Of a stretch of DNA of 52,949 nucleotides, positions 17,749 to 29,139 are shown one piece after another. Source of the DNA: Candidatus Rokuibacteriota bacterium (GTDB lineage Bacteria; JAUVQV01; DATDCY01); assembly GCA_031406795.1 (NCBI GenBank), contig JANOHV010000145.1:1-52949 (forward strand), written 5' to 3'. The notes beneath the pieces are model-generated. The model searched no databases, was not told the DNA's origin, and saw only the letters and a list, made by a program, of their open reading frames with translations. Position 1 is the stretch's first letter; every line of letters begins with the position of its first letter. A program made the translations under genes and the position numbers.

Positions 17749-18852
17749 TCACCCGGGGAAGAAGTACCAGCCGAACGTCACCAGCACGCTCGCCACGGCC
17801 AGCGTGCCGAACGCCAGCGGGAGCAGGAACTTCCACTCGAAGTTCATCAGCTGGTCGACCCGCAGGCGCGGGAACGTCCAGCGCACCCACATGAACACGA
17901 GCACGAGCAGCATGGTCTTGCCGAAGAACCAGGCCCACGGGGGGATGAGGTCGGCGATCCGGTTGAAGCCCGCAAGGTTCCCGATGTGAAAGGGCATCCA
18001 GCCGCCGAGAAAGACCGTGGCCGAGATCGCGCAGACCACGAACATGTTGACGAACTCGGCGAGAAAGAACATCGCGAAGCGGATCGACGTGTACTCGGTG
18101 TGGAACCCGGCGGTCAGCTCGCTCTCGCCCTCCACGAGGTCGAACGGGGTGCGGTTGCACTCGGCGGTCGAGGCGATCCCGTAGATCACGAAGGCCACGA
18201 AACCGACCACCGGTGCGCGCCAGATCCACCAGCCGCCCTCCTGGGAGGCGATGATGCCGCGGAAATCCAGCGAGCCGGCGAAGACGAGCATCGAGAGCAG
18301 GGCGATGGTCGCCGAGAGTTCGTAGGAGATGATCTGGGCGCCGGCGCGCATCGCCCCCAGCAGCGACCACTTGTTGTTGCTCGACCAGCCGGCGGCGAGG
18401 ATCCCGAGCACGCCGACGGAGCCGATGCCCAGCACGAAGACCAGCCCGACGTTGAAGTTCACGGCCTGGATGTCCGGGGCGAACGGGATGAAGGCGAGCG
18501 CGACGAAGGTCGCCGCGAAGCAGAGCAGCGGGGCCAGGTGGAAGACGAAGTGGTCGGCCTCCAGCGGGGTGATGTTCTCCTTGCTCAGCAGCTTGAGCCC
18601 GTCGGCGAGCGTCTGCAGCAGCCCGTGCGGCCCGACCCGCATCGGTCCGAGCCGCTGCTGGACGTGGGCCGCGACCTTGCGCTCGACCCAGACCAGCGCC
18701 AGCGCCAGCAGCGAGACGAACCCGGCGAGGATTCCCGCGACGATCGCCATCTTCGCCAGATCGACGAGCAGGCCCGGGCCGAGCAGCCCCGTAAGCCAGG
18801 CCGTAACGGCCGGTGGGATGCGCTCGGTGTGCCAGATCCAGTTGTCGGTCAT
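17749..18852 (-). CDS. nuoH: NADH-quinone oxidoreductase subunit H
   Basis: ERKVAAHVQQRLGP, ADGLKLLSKE, AQIISYE, NRTPFDLVEGESEL. Confidence 0.96.
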   Translation of the reverse strand: MTDNWIWHTERIPPAVTAWLTGLLGPGLLVDLAKMAIVAGILAGFVSLLALALVWVERKVAAHVQQRLGPMRVGPHGLLQTLADGLKLLSKENITPLEADHFVFHLAPLLCFAATFVALAFIPFAPDIQAVNFNVGLVFVLGIGSVGVLGILAAGWSSNNKWSLLGAMRAGAQIISYELSATIALLSMLVFAGSLDFRGIIASQEGGWWIWRAPVVGFVAFVIYGIASTAECNRTPFDLVEGESELTAGFHTEYTSIRFAMFFLAEFVNMFVVCAISATVFLGGWMPFHIGNLAGFNRIADLIPPWAWFFGKTMLLVLVFMWVRWTFPRLRVDQLMNFEWKFLLPLAFGTLAVASVLVTFGWYFFPG

Positions 18853-20000
18853 TAGCGATCAATGCAGGGGATGACGACGTCCAGCGTGGAGAGCACCGCC
18901 ACCACGTCGGCGACCCGGCAGCCCTTGATGATCTCGGGCAGCGCCGCCAGGTTGGAGAAGTTCGGGCTGCGCACCTTGAGGCGCCACGGCTTCTCGGTGC
19001 CGTCGCCGACCAGGAAGAAGGCGATCTCGCCGCGGGCCGCCTCGACGCGACCGAGCCAGCGGCCCGGCGGCACCTTGACGATCGGCGGGAGCTTGGTCCG
19101 CACCGGGCCCTCGGGCATCGTGTCGAGCGCCTGGCGGATGATCTTCAGGCTCTCGCGCATTTCGGCGATGCGCACCAGGTAGCGCGCCCAGCTGTCGCCC
19201 CCGCTCTGCACCGGCACGTCGAAGGCCAGCTTGGGGTAGATGCCGTAGGGCCGGTTGCGCCGCACGTCGTAGCTGACGCCGCTGGCCCGCAGTGTCGGGC
19301 CGGTGCAACCGAGCGAGCGCGCCAGGTCGGCGCCGAGTACGCCGATCCCCTTCGTGCGCTCCTGGAAGATGATGTTGCCGCCGACGAGCGTCTCGTACTC
19401 GTCGATGACCGGCGTGAAATAGTCGATGAACGCGCGCACGTCCTTCGCGAAGTCCTCCTCGACGTCCGCCGTCACGCCGCCGGGGCGGATGTAGTTCATC
19501 GTCAGCCGCGCGCCGCAGGTCTTCTCGAAGATGTCGTTGATCAGTTCGCGGTCGCGGAAGCCGTACAGGAACGGGGTGAAGGCCCCGAGGTCCATCCCGA
19601 GCACGCCCCACCAGAGCTGGTGGGAGGAGATGCGCGTCAGCTCGGACATGATCACGCGGATGTGCTCGGCGCGCGCGGGGACCTCGATGCCGAGGGCCTG
19701 CTCGACGGCGAGCGCCCAGCCCCAGTTGTTCATGTGTGCCGAGAGGTAGTCGAGGCGGTCGGTCAGGTGCGTGAACTGCAGCACCGTCATCGCCTCGCCC
19801 ATCTTCTCGACGCCGCGGTGGACGTAGCCGAGCACCGGGGTCAGCCCGAGGACGGTCTCGCCTTCGAGTTTCAGGATCAGTCGCAACACCCCGTGCGTGG
19901 AGGGGTGCTGCGGACCCATGTTGACGAAGTAGTCCTCGTAGATGGGCGCCGCGTCGGTGGTGCGCCGGTGCGGGTGCTCCGCTGCGGGGGTCAGTTCCAT
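18852..20000 (-). CDS. nuoD: NADH-quinone oxidoreductase subunit D
   Basis: NMGPQHPSTHGVLRL, GYVHRGVEK, DRLDY; no NiFe CxxC pairs. Confidence 0.95.
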   Translation of the reverse strand: MELTPAAEHPHRRTTDAAPIYEDYFVNMGPQHPSTHGVLRLILKLEGETVLGLTPVLGYVHRGVEKMGEAMTVLQFTHLTDRLDYLSAHMNNWGWALAVEQALGIEVPARAEHIRVIMSELTRISSHQLWWGVLGMDLGAFTPFLYGFRDRELINDIFEKTCGARLTMNYIRPGGVTADVEEDFAKDVRAFIDYFTPVIDEYETLVGGNIIFQERTKGIGVLGADLARSLGCTGPTLRASGVSYDVRRNRPYGIYPKLAFDVPVQSGGDSWARYLVRIAEMRESLKIIRQALDTMPEGPVRTKLPPIVKVPPGRWLGRVEAARGEIAFFLVGDGTEKPWRLKVRSPNFSNLAALPEIIKGCRVADVVAVLSTLDVVIPCIDR

Positions 20001-20002
20001 CG

Positions 20003-20533
20003 CTAATACGGCCGTTTCACGACGTCGTGGAGGGTGTCCACGTAGTCCTTGCGCAGGGGGTGGCCGGGCCAGTCCTCGTCGAGCAGGATGCGCCGCAGGA
20101 AGGGGTGGCCGCGAAAGACGATGCCGAACATGTCGAACGTCTCGCGCTCGTGCCAGTCGGCCCCGCACCAGACGCCGCAGACCGTGTCGATCTCGGCTCC
20201 CTCGCGGGGGAGGTCGGCGAGCAGCGCCAGCTGGCGACCGTCGTCGTAGCGGGTGATCAGGTACGTCATCTCGAATTTCGCCTCGGCCGGTCGATCGACC
20301 GCAGTCAGGAACAACAGATAGTCGAATCCGGCTGCCCGCAGCCGCCGCGCCGCGTCCGGCACACCTGCGGCATCAACGCGCCACGCGGGCAGGCCCGGTG
20401 CGGGGTCGGGGGTCGCCGCGTCGCCGAGGATGCGCCCGATCTCCTCGCGCAGCGCGATCACCGCCGGGTCCGGAGCCGGAGCCGGAGCCGGAGCCGGGCC
20501 CGGGGTTGCGTCCGATGTCGTCGGTTCGCTCAT
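20003..20533 (-). CDS. nuoC: NADH-quinone oxidoreductase subunit C
   Basis: [31 protein letters not shown]-terminal (PA)n from ccggag x4 at 20470-20493. Confidence 0.94.
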   Translation of the reverse strand: MSEPTTSDATPGPAPAPAPAPDPAVIALREEIGRILGDAATPDPAPGLPAWRVDAAGVPDAARRLRAAGFDYLLFLTAVDRPAEAKFEMTYLITRYDDGRQLALLADLPREGAEIDTVCGVWCGADWHERETFDMFGIVFRGHPFLRRILLDEDWPGHPLRKDYVDTLHDVVKRPY

Positions 20534-21144
20534 GCGGGGTTGAACTCTTTCTTGGGGTCGATCGGGGCGTGCGCGAACAGGAACGGCGGCAGGGGCCGTT
20601 GGCGCCGCGAGCCGCCCTCCTGGCGGATCTTCTCCTGAAGCATCATCAGCGAGTGCAGCAGCGCCTCGGGGCGCGGGGGGCACCCGGGCAGGTAGACGTC
20701 GACGGGCAGCACCCGGTCGACGCCCTTGACGACGCAGTAGCTCTCGTAGAAGAACGGGCCGCCGCTGGTCGCGCACGCGCCCATCGCCAGCACCCACTTG
20801 GGGTCGGGCATCTGGGAGTAGAGCAGCCGCAGGCGGGTCGCCATCTTGAAGGTGATCGTGCCGGCGACGACGATCAGGTCCGCCTGCCGCGGCGTGGCCC
20901 GGGCGACTTCGAAACCGAAGCGCGACCAGTCGTGGCGCGAGGCGCCCACGGACATCATCTCGATCGCGCAGCAGGAGGTGCCGAAAGTCAGGGGCCAGAG
21001 CGAGTTGGTGCGGGCCCAGGTGAGCACGCGGTCGATCTGGGTGAGCACGAAGCCGCCCCGGTTCGGGGGCTTGCCCTGGGGGTCCTGGTTCTCCCACCGC
21101 GTGGCCAGCGAATCGGCCGCAGAACCCGTCTCTTTCAGCGCCAC
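20530..21144 (-). CDS. nuoB: NADH-quinone oxidoreductase subunit B
   Basis: [46 protein letters not shown]. Confidence 0.95.
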   Translation of the reverse strand: MALKETGSAADSLATRWENQDPQGKPPNRGGFVLTQIDRVLTWARTNSLWPLTFGTSCCAIEMMSVGASRHDWSRFGFEVARATPRQADLIVVAGTITFKMATRLRLLYSQMPDPKWVLAMGACATSGGPFFYESYCVVKGVDRVLPVDVYLPGCPPRPEALLHSLMMLQEKIRQEGGSRRQRPLPPFLFAHAPIDPKKEFNPA

Positions 21145-21485
21145 GCGAGGTAGCCCTTTCGCCAGGCGAACGCGAAGCCGAAGACCAGGATGACCAGGAA
21201 GACCCCGCCCTCGGCGAGAGCCGGCACGCCGATCTCCTTGAGCACCACCGCCCAGGGGAAGAGGAAAACCACCTCGACCTCGAAGAGAAGGAAGAGCAGG
21301 GCGAACACGTAGTACCCGACGTTGAAACGGGTCCAGGCCGAGCCGAGCGGCACCTCGCCGCACTCGTACGGGAAGGCTTTCGCGCCCCCGGGGTTGTGCG
21401 GCGCGACGATCCTTGAAAGCGTGAAGTTGAGCAGCACGAAGAGTACCGCGGCGAGCATGATGAACGACAGGTAGTAGAAATCCAC
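21135..21485 (-). CDS. nuoA: NADH-quinone oxidoreductase subunit A
   Basis: [29 protein letters not shown] start with GGAGG SD. Confidence 0.95.
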   Translation of the reverse strand: MDFYYLSFIMLAAVLFVLLNFTLSRIVAPHNPGGAKAFPYECGEVPLGSAWTRFNVGYYVFALLFLLFEVEVVFLFPWAVVLKEIGVPALAEGGVFLVILVFGFAFAWRKGYLAWR

Positions 21486-21545
21486 CGTGTGTCCTCCGCT
21501 CCGTTGCGCCCAGAACTGAATGCACGTCCGGTCAAACGGGAAGAA

Positions 21546-21574
21546 CCTATAGCACAAGAAAACAGTCAGTACAA
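21546..21574 (-). promoter_or_regulatory. Candidate nuo operon promoter
   Basis: TTGTAC-N17-TATAGG with TGn extended -10 in an AT-rich patch; overlapping aaaacag/ctgtttt inverted repeat. Confidence 0.4.
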
Positions 21575-21678
21575 CCTTCTGTTTTAGTCAACAAATGCGC
21601 CGTTCCGGGAGCCACCGCACAGGCGGCCTGTCGCCGTCGTCCGGGCCCCGTCTTCGCGCCGCGGCTTCCCGCCGCGGC

Positions 21679-21707
21679 TTGACAGGACCGCGCCGCGGCC
21701 GGAATAT
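21679..21707 (+). promoter_or_regulatory. Candidate promoter for the cbrXAB-like operon
   Basis: TTGACA-N17-GAATAT. Confidence 0.45.
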
Positions 21708-21739
21708 CGCCGTGGCCGGCAGCCGCCGACGGGGGAGTG

Positions 21740-21916
21740 ATGCAGGATGTCACGGTCTGGATCGCCATCTTCATCCTCGGCCTGCTCTGTCTGAACTGGC
21801 CGCTGCTCGGGATCTTTCACGACCGACCCTTCGCGTATCTGCTGGTCTTCTGGCTCTTCTTCGTGTTCCTCGTGGGCCGCGCCGCGCGCGGGGGCAAGGG
21901 GCCCCCCGCGCCCTGA
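21740..21916 (+). CDS. 58-aa two-TM membrane protein ahead of the SLC5 kinase (CbrX/DUF3311-like; not in ORF track)
   Basis: MQDVTVWIAIFILGLLCLNWPLLGIFHDRPFAYLLVFWLFFVFLVGRAARGGKGPPAP; SD ggggag. Confidence 0.75.
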   Translation: MQDVTVWIAIFILGLLCLNWPLLGIFHDRPFAYLLVFWLFFVFLVGRAARGGKGPPAP

Positions 21917-21935
21917 GCGGCCGGTTGCCTGCGCG

Positions 21936-24890
21936 ATGTTCGCACCCTACAACGTCTTCTTCATCCTGCTGAGCTACCTGCTGCTGCTCTTCGGCATCGC
22001 CTGGGTCGCCGAGCGCCAGGAGCGGCGCGGGCGCAGTCTCGTCAACAACCCCTACGTCTACTCCCTCTCGCTCGCCGTGTACTGCACTTCGTGGACCTTT
22101 TACGGGAGCGTCGGACGCGCCGCCACCTCGGGGCTCTCCTTTCTGACGATCTACCTCGGCCCGACGCTGATGGCCGCACTCTGGATGGTGGTGCTCGCCA
22201 GGATCGTCCGCATCGCCAAGGCCAACCGGATCACGACGATCTCCGATTTCCTCGGGTTCCGCTACGGCAAGTCACTGCTGCTCTCGGCACTCGTGGCCGC
22301 GGTGGCCGTCGTCGGCGTCATCCCGTACATCGGCCTGCAGATCAAGGCCATCATCAGCACCTTCGAGATCATCTCCCACGAACCGCGGGGCGGGGCGGCG
22401 ATGGGCCTGGTCATCACGCTGTTTCTCGGGGGGTTCGCGATCATCTTCGGGGCCCGCCGTCTCGACGCCTCGGAGCGGCACGGTGGGCTGGTCTTCGCCG
22501 TCGCGTTCGAGTCCCTCGTCAAGCTGGTGGCGTTCCTGCTCGTCGGGGTCTTCGTGACCTACGGGGTCTTCGACGGCTTCGCGGACATCTTCGCCCGCAT
22601 CGACCGCTCCCCCTTCGCCGGTCTGCAGTCGCTGGAGGGGGGGGGCGAAACGGCGTACTCGGAGTGGTTCGCGCTGCTCGTGCTCTCGATGATGGCGATC
22701 CTGTTTCTCCCGCGGCAGTTCCAGATGGCGGTGGTCGAAAACTGCGACGAGCGTCACCTGAGAAAGGCGGTCTGGCTCTTCCCCCTCTACCTCTTCCTGA
22801 TCAACATTTTCGTGCTCCCGATCGCCTTCGCCGGGCTGTTGCTCAGCGGTTCGCCGCAGGGCGCGGACTACTTCGTGCTCTCCGTCCCGCTGGGACAGGG
22901 GATGAAATACCTCTCCCTGATGGTTTTTCTCGGCGGTTTCTCGGCGGCGACGAGCATGGTCATCGTCGAGTCCCTGGCGCTGAGCACGATGGCCATGAAC
23001 AGTATCGTGATGCCGGCCCTGATCGGCTTCCACGAGCACCGGCGCTTCCCGACGATCATCCTGTCCATCAAGCGGCTGATCATCCTCGCCGTGGTCTACC
23101 TCGGCTACCTGTTCGCCGTCTCGATCGGCGAGTTCTACAGCCTGGTGGACATCGGCCTGAAGTCCTTCGAGGCCGTCGCCCTCTTCGCACCGGCGTTCCT
23201 CCTCGGGCTTTACTGGAAGCGCGGCAGTCGCACCGGGGCCATCGCCGGCCTGTGCGCCGGTTTCGCGGTCTGGTTCTACACCCTGATCATCCCGGCGCTT
23301 TTCAAGGCCGGGATCCTGACCGAGAGCGGCGCTCTCGGCCGGCTCACCTCCTCGGGATTCCTCGACCCCAACGCCCTGTTCGGGCTGCACGGTCTCGGCA
23401 AGTGGGGCAACTCCCTGTTCTGGTCGACCTTTCTCAACCTGACGCTGTATGTCGGCATCTCGCTGGCCACGCGCCCCTCGCGCGAGGAGGAGATTCAGGC
23501 CCTGTTGTTCGTGGAATCGGACGACCGGGCGCGCGAGCTGCCGCTGGGCGCCTCGGTCACCGCGGCCGATATCGAAGGGATACTCGCGCAGTACGTCGGC
23601 GCCGATCAGGCGAGCGGCGTCATCCAGGACTTCGTCGCCGCGCGCGCGGTTGCCGCGCCCGAGCTCTCCGTACAGGAGCTGCGCGCGCTGCGCTTCGAGG
23701 CGGAACGCGTGCTCTCGGGCGCGATCGGCTCCTCGCTCTCGTCGATCATCTTCGAGGACAAGCTGGTGCTCTCCGAGAAGGAGCGCTCGGAACTCTCGAG
23801 CTCCCTGCAGCAGATCACCGCGAGCCTGCGGCTCTCGCGCCAGGAGCTGGCCCAGACCAACCTCGCCCTCTCCTATCTGCAGGAGTTCTCCGCGAACATC
23901 ATCGAGAGCGCCCCGGTCGGGATCACCAGCGTGGACTCCTCGCTGCGCGTCAACTACTGGAACCGCGGCATGGAACTGCTCGCGGGCATCGGCCGGGAGG
24001 TGGCGCTGGATCAGCCCGTCGACCAGCTGCTCCCGTGGCTGCGGCGGGAGCTGATCCTGGGCGGGGCGCAGCACGAGGAGGTCGTCCAGACGCCGGCCCA
24101 GCAGTGCTTCCGGGTCAACGTCAGCCCCTTCAAGGATCCTTCAGGCGGCGTCGTGATCATTCTCGAGGACATCACCGAGAAGACCAAGATGGAAGAGCAG
24201 CTCCTGCAGGCCTCCAAACTCGCGAGCATCGGCCGCCTGACCGCGGGCATCTCCCACGAGATCGGCAACCCGCTGGCCTCGATCTCCTCGCTCGTCCAGG
24301 AGCTCGCCGCGCTCGACGACAGCTCCAGCGAAGGCCCGGAGTTCATGCAGGACTCGCTGAACGCGATCAACGGCCACCTCGAGCGTATCTCGCGCATCGT
24401 GCGCAGTCTCGGGGACTTCGCCCGCGTCTCCACATCGCGCAAGGTCGCGAGCGACATCCGCGAGATCTTTCACCGGACGACCGAGCTGGTCAAGTACGAC
24501 AAGCGCTTCCGGCGCATCCGCTACCAGGCCGAGTTCGAGGCCATCCCCCCGCTGCTGGTGAACCCGGACCAGATCGAACAGGTCTTTCTCAATCTGCTGC
24601 TCAACGCCCTGGATGCGATGCCGGAGGGCGGCGATCTGCGGGTCACCATGCGGCGGCAGGGCCCGGAGGTCGTCGTCCAGGTCGAGGACACCGGCCGCGG
24701 CATCGACCCCGAGGTCATGGACCGGGTCTTCGACCCCTTCTTCACGACCAAGCCGCTCGGCAAAGGCACGGGATTGGGTTTGAGCATCTGCTATGGTACC
24801 GTGAGGGACCACGGGGGAACGATCACGATCAAGAGCATGAAGGGTTCGGGGACGGTGTTCACGGTCCGGCTGCCGATCGCGCACGTATGA
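21936..24890 (+). CDS. SLC5 (Na+/solute symporter)-STAC-PAS histidine kinase, CbrA/CrbS type
   Basis: YSLSLAVYCTSWTFYGSVG, FESLVKL, LPRQF; AERVLSGAIG STAC-like; HEIGNPL H-box; GTGLGL. Confidence 0.92.
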   Translation: MFAPYNVFFILLSYLLLLFGIAWVAERQERRGRSLVNNPYVYSLSLAVYCTSWTFYGSVGRAATSGLSFLTIYLGPTLMAALWMVVLARIVRIAKANRITTISDFLGFRYGKSLLLSALVAAVAVVGVIPYIGLQIKAIISTFEIISHEPRGGAAMGLVITLFLGGFAIIFGARRLDASERHGGLVFAVAFESLVKLVAFLLVGVFVTYGVFDGFADIFARIDRSPFAGLQSLEGGGETAYSEWFALLVLSMMAILFLPRQFQMAVVENCDERHLRKAVWLFPLYLFLINIFVLPIAFAGLLLSGSPQGADYFVLSVPLGQGMKYLSLMVFLGGFSAATSMVIVESLALSTMAMNSIVMPALIGFHEHRRFPTIILSIKRLIILAVVYLGYLFAVSIGEFYSLVDIGLKSFEAVALFAPAFLLGLYWKRGSRTGAIAGLCAGFAVWFYTLIIPALFKAGILTESGALGRLTSSGFLDPNALFGLHGLGKWGNSLFWSTFLNLTLYVGISLATRPSREEEIQALLFVESDDRARELPLGASVTAADIEGILAQYVGADQASGVIQDFVAARAVAAPELSVQELRALRFEAERVLSGAIGSSLSSIIFEDKLVLSEKERSELSSSLQQITASLRLSRQELAQTNLALSYLQEFSANIIESAPVGITSVDSSLRVNYWNRGMELLAGIGREVALDQPVDQLLPWLRRELILGGAQHEEVVQTPAQQCFRVNVSPFKDPSGGVVIILEDITEKTKMEEQLLQASKLASIGRLTAGISHEIGNPLASISSLVQELAALDDSSSEGPEFMQDSLNAINGHLERISRIVRSLGDFARVSTSRKVASDIREIFHRTTELVKYDKRFRRIRYQAEFEAIPPLLVNPDQIEQVFLNLLLNALDAMPEGGDLRVTMRRQGPEVVVQVEDTGRGIDPEVMDRVFDPFFTTKPLGKGTGLGLSICYGTVRDHGGTITIKSMKGSGTVFTVRLPIAHV

Positions 24891-24969
24891 AATATCCGCG
24901 CAACGTTTGCGTCTACCGCGAGCATGTCCGCAAGAGCCTTTGCCGTCTTGCGGGCGAGGCGCCCGCGCC

Positions 24970-24973
<4 letters not shown>
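24887..24973 (+). CDS. Putative 28-aa junction micro-ORF (copy C) MKYPRNVCVYREHVRKSLCRLAGEAPAP
   Basis: ATGA overlap with kinase stop and ATGA overlap with regulator start. Confidence 0.6.
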
Positions 24974-26319
<1,346 letters not shown>

Positions 26320-26435
26320 CCCGGGTCGCTGGGGAGGGCTTTTTATCGACGACCCGGAAAAGGGTCGTCGCTCCGGCAATGAAGGGGCTGCGCCCCTCAG
26401 TTCTTGCCCGCGCTCGCAGATCGCGAGCGCTCCGG

Positions 26436-26532
26436 TCCGCCCTGGCTGCGTTGCGGGTCGGGCTGCTTGTGCGGTGGGCACGAGCCCACCTCCGCGCACC
26501 CGTCCCCGCTGCCTTGCCAGGACGCAAAAATC
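26436..26532. repeat. ~96-bp structured repeat family A, copy 2 (inverted)
   Basis: Reverse complement aligns with 11063-11158. Confidence 0.8.
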
Positions 26533-26703
26533 CGCTCCCGATCGACTCGGGCAGCATGTTGGCGGAAAGACCGGGAGAGTGCCGGGGGCGTCGCCCTCGC
26601 TACCGCTGGGCAATGGCGCCGTCGAAAATTTCAGCAGTGGCAGGATCGGCATTATTGCCAGCGACAGCGGAGCCGTTTGCGAAACTAGGCGAGTCTGTTG
26701 GGG

Positions 26704-26883
26704 CTAATCGATTCCAAGATGCTTCTTGATATGCTTTGCGAGGATGTCACTGATCTCGGTGTGCCTAGGAACAGCTTGTTTTGTGCCGGTGCGTGGGTTC
26801 ACGTAAAGGTCATGCCTCGCGCCAGGACGGGCGAGATGACAACCGGCTCGCTGGAGTTCTCTGATGAACTCCTTCCGTTTCAT
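26704..26883 (-). CDS. hicA: HicA-family toxin, 59 aa (not in ORF track)
   Basis: MKRKEFIRELQRAGCHLARPGARHDLYVNPRTGTKQAVPRHTEISDILAKHIKKHLGID; ATGA overlap with hicB. Confidence 0.88.
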   Translation of the reverse strand: MKRKEFIRELQRAGCHLARPGARHDLYVNPRTGTKQAVPRHTEISDILAKHIKKHLGID

Positions 26884-27071
26884 ATGGCTATTGCTTTTTC
26901 CCGATGCTGTTCAGGGACGTCATCCATGACCATCATCACGTACGCGTCCCGAATGTTTTCCTCGAGTTCCTTAAGAGTTCGGCCCTGGGTCATGATCTCC
27001 GGGTGTTCCTTGAGTTTCCCCAACCAGAACTTGCCCGCTTTCCAGTAAATCATGTTCATTTCAGACTTCAT
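26880..27071 (-). CDS. hicB: Short HicB-family antitoxin
   Basis: WLGKLKEHPEIMTQGRTLKELEENIRDA; no C-terminal DNA-binding domain. Confidence 0.85.
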   Translation of the reverse strand: MKSEMNMIYWKAGKFWLGKLKEHPEIMTQGRTLKELEENIRDAYVMMVMDDVPEQHREKAIAI

Positions 27072-27531
27072 CTTGCTTTCTCCCAGGCCCAAATGCCTTT
27101 TGTGCTGTATTTTACCATTGTATTCGGCCGCAACGTAGCGTTTAGCTGCCGGTCTTCTCCTACTCCTCTTCGAAATCAAAGAATTCGTCATCAATGTCGT
27201 ATAGATGTACCGGTATCTTCCTGACCCCGAGACCGCGTTCGACCAGGAGGTCCATTATAGCAGGACCGTCCAGAAGAAGGACTGTGATGGCACCTTTCTT
27301 GTACGACGCTAGCTTGGCCTCTCGCGAGAATTTGCTTGTTGTAAGAAAAACCCCATGATCGTAGTCGCCTTGGATTGCTCCTCGGAACTTGTCAATTTCA
27401 GGCCTTCCGACGGTATTGTCAGTCCACCGTTTCGCCCGCTGCTCCTAGTGAGTCGGCGACTTCGCGCCATCTCCCTCCATCCCGATCCATGCTATTATGG
27501 CTACAATTGTGTCCTCATCAAGGAGGCTGCC

Positions 27532-27789
27532 ATGAAGAGCGTCGGGGCCCGGGAACTCAAGGAGAACGCCGGGAAAGTGCTGCGGCGAGTGAGGGAGGAG
27601 CGCGAGTCGATCGAGATCACCTGGCACGGACGAGCGATCGCGCGGCTCGTCCCGGTATCAGCCGCCAAGGCCGAGCCGAAGAAGCTTGAGAAGATCTGGT
27701 CGGATCTTGACCGTCTCTCGGAGGAAATCGGGGCTCGATGGCCCAAAGGGGTTACGGCTGTCGGAGCCGTGAGAGAACAGCGACGGTGA
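27532..27789 (+). CDS. Phd/YefM family antitoxin
   Basis: VGARELK...LRRV...IEITWHGRAIARLVP; AAGGAGG SD. Confidence 0.9.
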   Translation: MKSVGARELKENAGKVLRRVREERESIEITWHGRAIARLVPVSAAKAEPKKLEKIWSDLDRLSEEIGARWPKGVTAVGAVREQRR

Positions 27790-28232
27790 TCATGTTCGTC
27801 GTCGATGCCAGCGTCTGGGTCAGCATCTTCCTGCAGCAGGATGTTCATCATCGGGCGGCGCGACGTTGGCTCGACGATCGACTTGCCTCGGGTGAGGCCA
27901 TTGTTTCGCCAGTGCTCCTCTTGAGCGAGGTCGGCGGTGCAATAGCCCGACAGACGAAAAGCCCCGAAATGGCTGCACGGGCCCTCAAGTTCATCCAGGG
28001 CATTCCCGGGTTGCGTCTCGTGCCGGTGGATCACCCTCTGGGGCGGGCGTCGGCGGACCTTGCGGTGCGGCTACGGTTGCGTGGAGCGGATGCCGTCTAC
28101 GTTGCCGTCGCTGCCCATCTGAAGATTCCGCTCGTCACCCTGGATGCGGAACAGAGAGAGCGGGCGCAGGAACTGATCGAGGTCAGGATGCCGCAGGCGG
28201 ATCGTGCCGGGGCAGCGCGCCGCGGGGAGTAG
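27786..28232 (+). CDS. vapC: VapC/PIN domain toxin
   Basis: VVDASVW, LSEV, LRGADAVYVAVA, LVTLD. Confidence 0.9.
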   Translation: MIMFVVDASVWVSIFLQQDVHHRAARRWLDDRLASGEAIVSPVLLLSEVGGAIARQTKSPEMAARALKFIQGIPGLRLVPVDHPLGRASADLAVRLRLRGADAVYVAVAAHLKIPLVTLDAEQRERAQELIEVRMPQADRAGAARRGE

Positions 28233-28848
28233 TTCCTGATTCCAGCAAGGACAGGACCGTGAGCATCGCGATCGACCAGAGGACGTCGAGCGGCAGGTGG
28301 CTCGTGCACGTCGAGTCAAACAGCAGGTCGGCCCGCGCCGGGAATTCGTCGTCCTCGGTCCACAGGATCACCGTCACCGGCACCTTTGGCAGCGGGAAGA
28401 GCACGACTGCGGCATCGCCGTAAGGGGCCGGTTTGCCGCCGAGCGACGCTCCGGCCGCGAGGAAGGCTTCAGGGCACGTCGCGTAGTTCAGGGCGAGCGC
28501 GGCGAGCGGCAGCACGTGCGTGCCCCTGAGGAAGATTTCGCCGCCGGGGAGCGCGGCCGGATTCACCAGCGTTCCCGAGGGACGCGCCGGACCCGCCTTG
28601 ACCAGGTACCAGAGCACCGTGAGCCGGAAGAAATACTCGTCGCGCTTCAGGAAGGCCTCGCCCCCGGGCTCGAGATTGAGGATCCGCCGGTCGCCGCGGT
28701 GCACCGTGAAGTGGCGTCCGAACGACGCGAGCCGGTAGCAGCCCGAGGCGGGATCGAAGCCGACCGCTGCCTGCCCGGACACCGTGGCCGGGTCGCTCGC
28801 GGCGAGCCGCTCCCACGCTTTGCTTTCGCCCGCGTCCGTGATCGCCAT
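28183..28848 (-). CDS. DUF3786 domain protein, paralogue 1
   Basis: LPGGEIF.RGTHVLPL, GDAAV..FPLPKVPV..ILWTEDDEFPARADLLFD. Confidence 0.8.
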   Translation of the reverse strand: MAITDAGESKAWERLAASDPATVSGQAAVGFDPASGCYRLASFGRHFTVHRGDRRILNLEPGGEAFLKRDEYFFRLTVLWYLVKAGPARPSGTLVNPAALPGGEIFLRGTHVLPLAALALNYATCPEAFLAAGASLGGKPAPYGDAAVVLFPLPKVPVTVILWTEDDEFPARADLLFDSTCTSHLPLDVLWSIAMLTVLSLLESGTTPRGALPRHDPPAAS

Positions 28849-28908
28849 GGCCGCAAGCAGCATAGCTGAAAAATTGACATGTTGAGCACATGCATCTATG
28901 TATTGAGC

Positions 28909-29139
28909 ATGAGCAAGATGATCCAGATGCGCAATGTCCCCGATGAACTTCATCGAATCCTCAAGGCGCGGGCGGTGCTCGAGGGCAGGAGTCTCTCCGA
29001 CTACCTCATCGCCGAGATCAGCGTCCTGGCCGGGCGGCCCAGCCCCTCGGAGTTGCGGCGTCGTCTCGCCGGCAGGGCGCGGGTACGGGTCTTTCGCGCC
29101 TCGGCGGATCTCGTACGCGAGGAGCGGGACGCCCGTTGA
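28909..29139 (+). CDS. FitA-like ribbon-helix-helix antitoxin
   Basis: IQMRNVPDELHRILKARAVLEGRSLSDYL; TTGACA at 28874. Confidence 0.88.
   Translation: MSKMIQMRNVPDELHRILKARAVLEGRSLSDYLIAEISVLAGRPSPSELRRRLAGRARVRVFRASADLVREERDAR

Noticed and set aside
18852-21144. Group 4 [NiFe]-hydrogenase (Ech-like) instead of complex I
   Set aside because: The large subunit lacks both CxxC Ni-binding motifs, and nuoA, J, K are present
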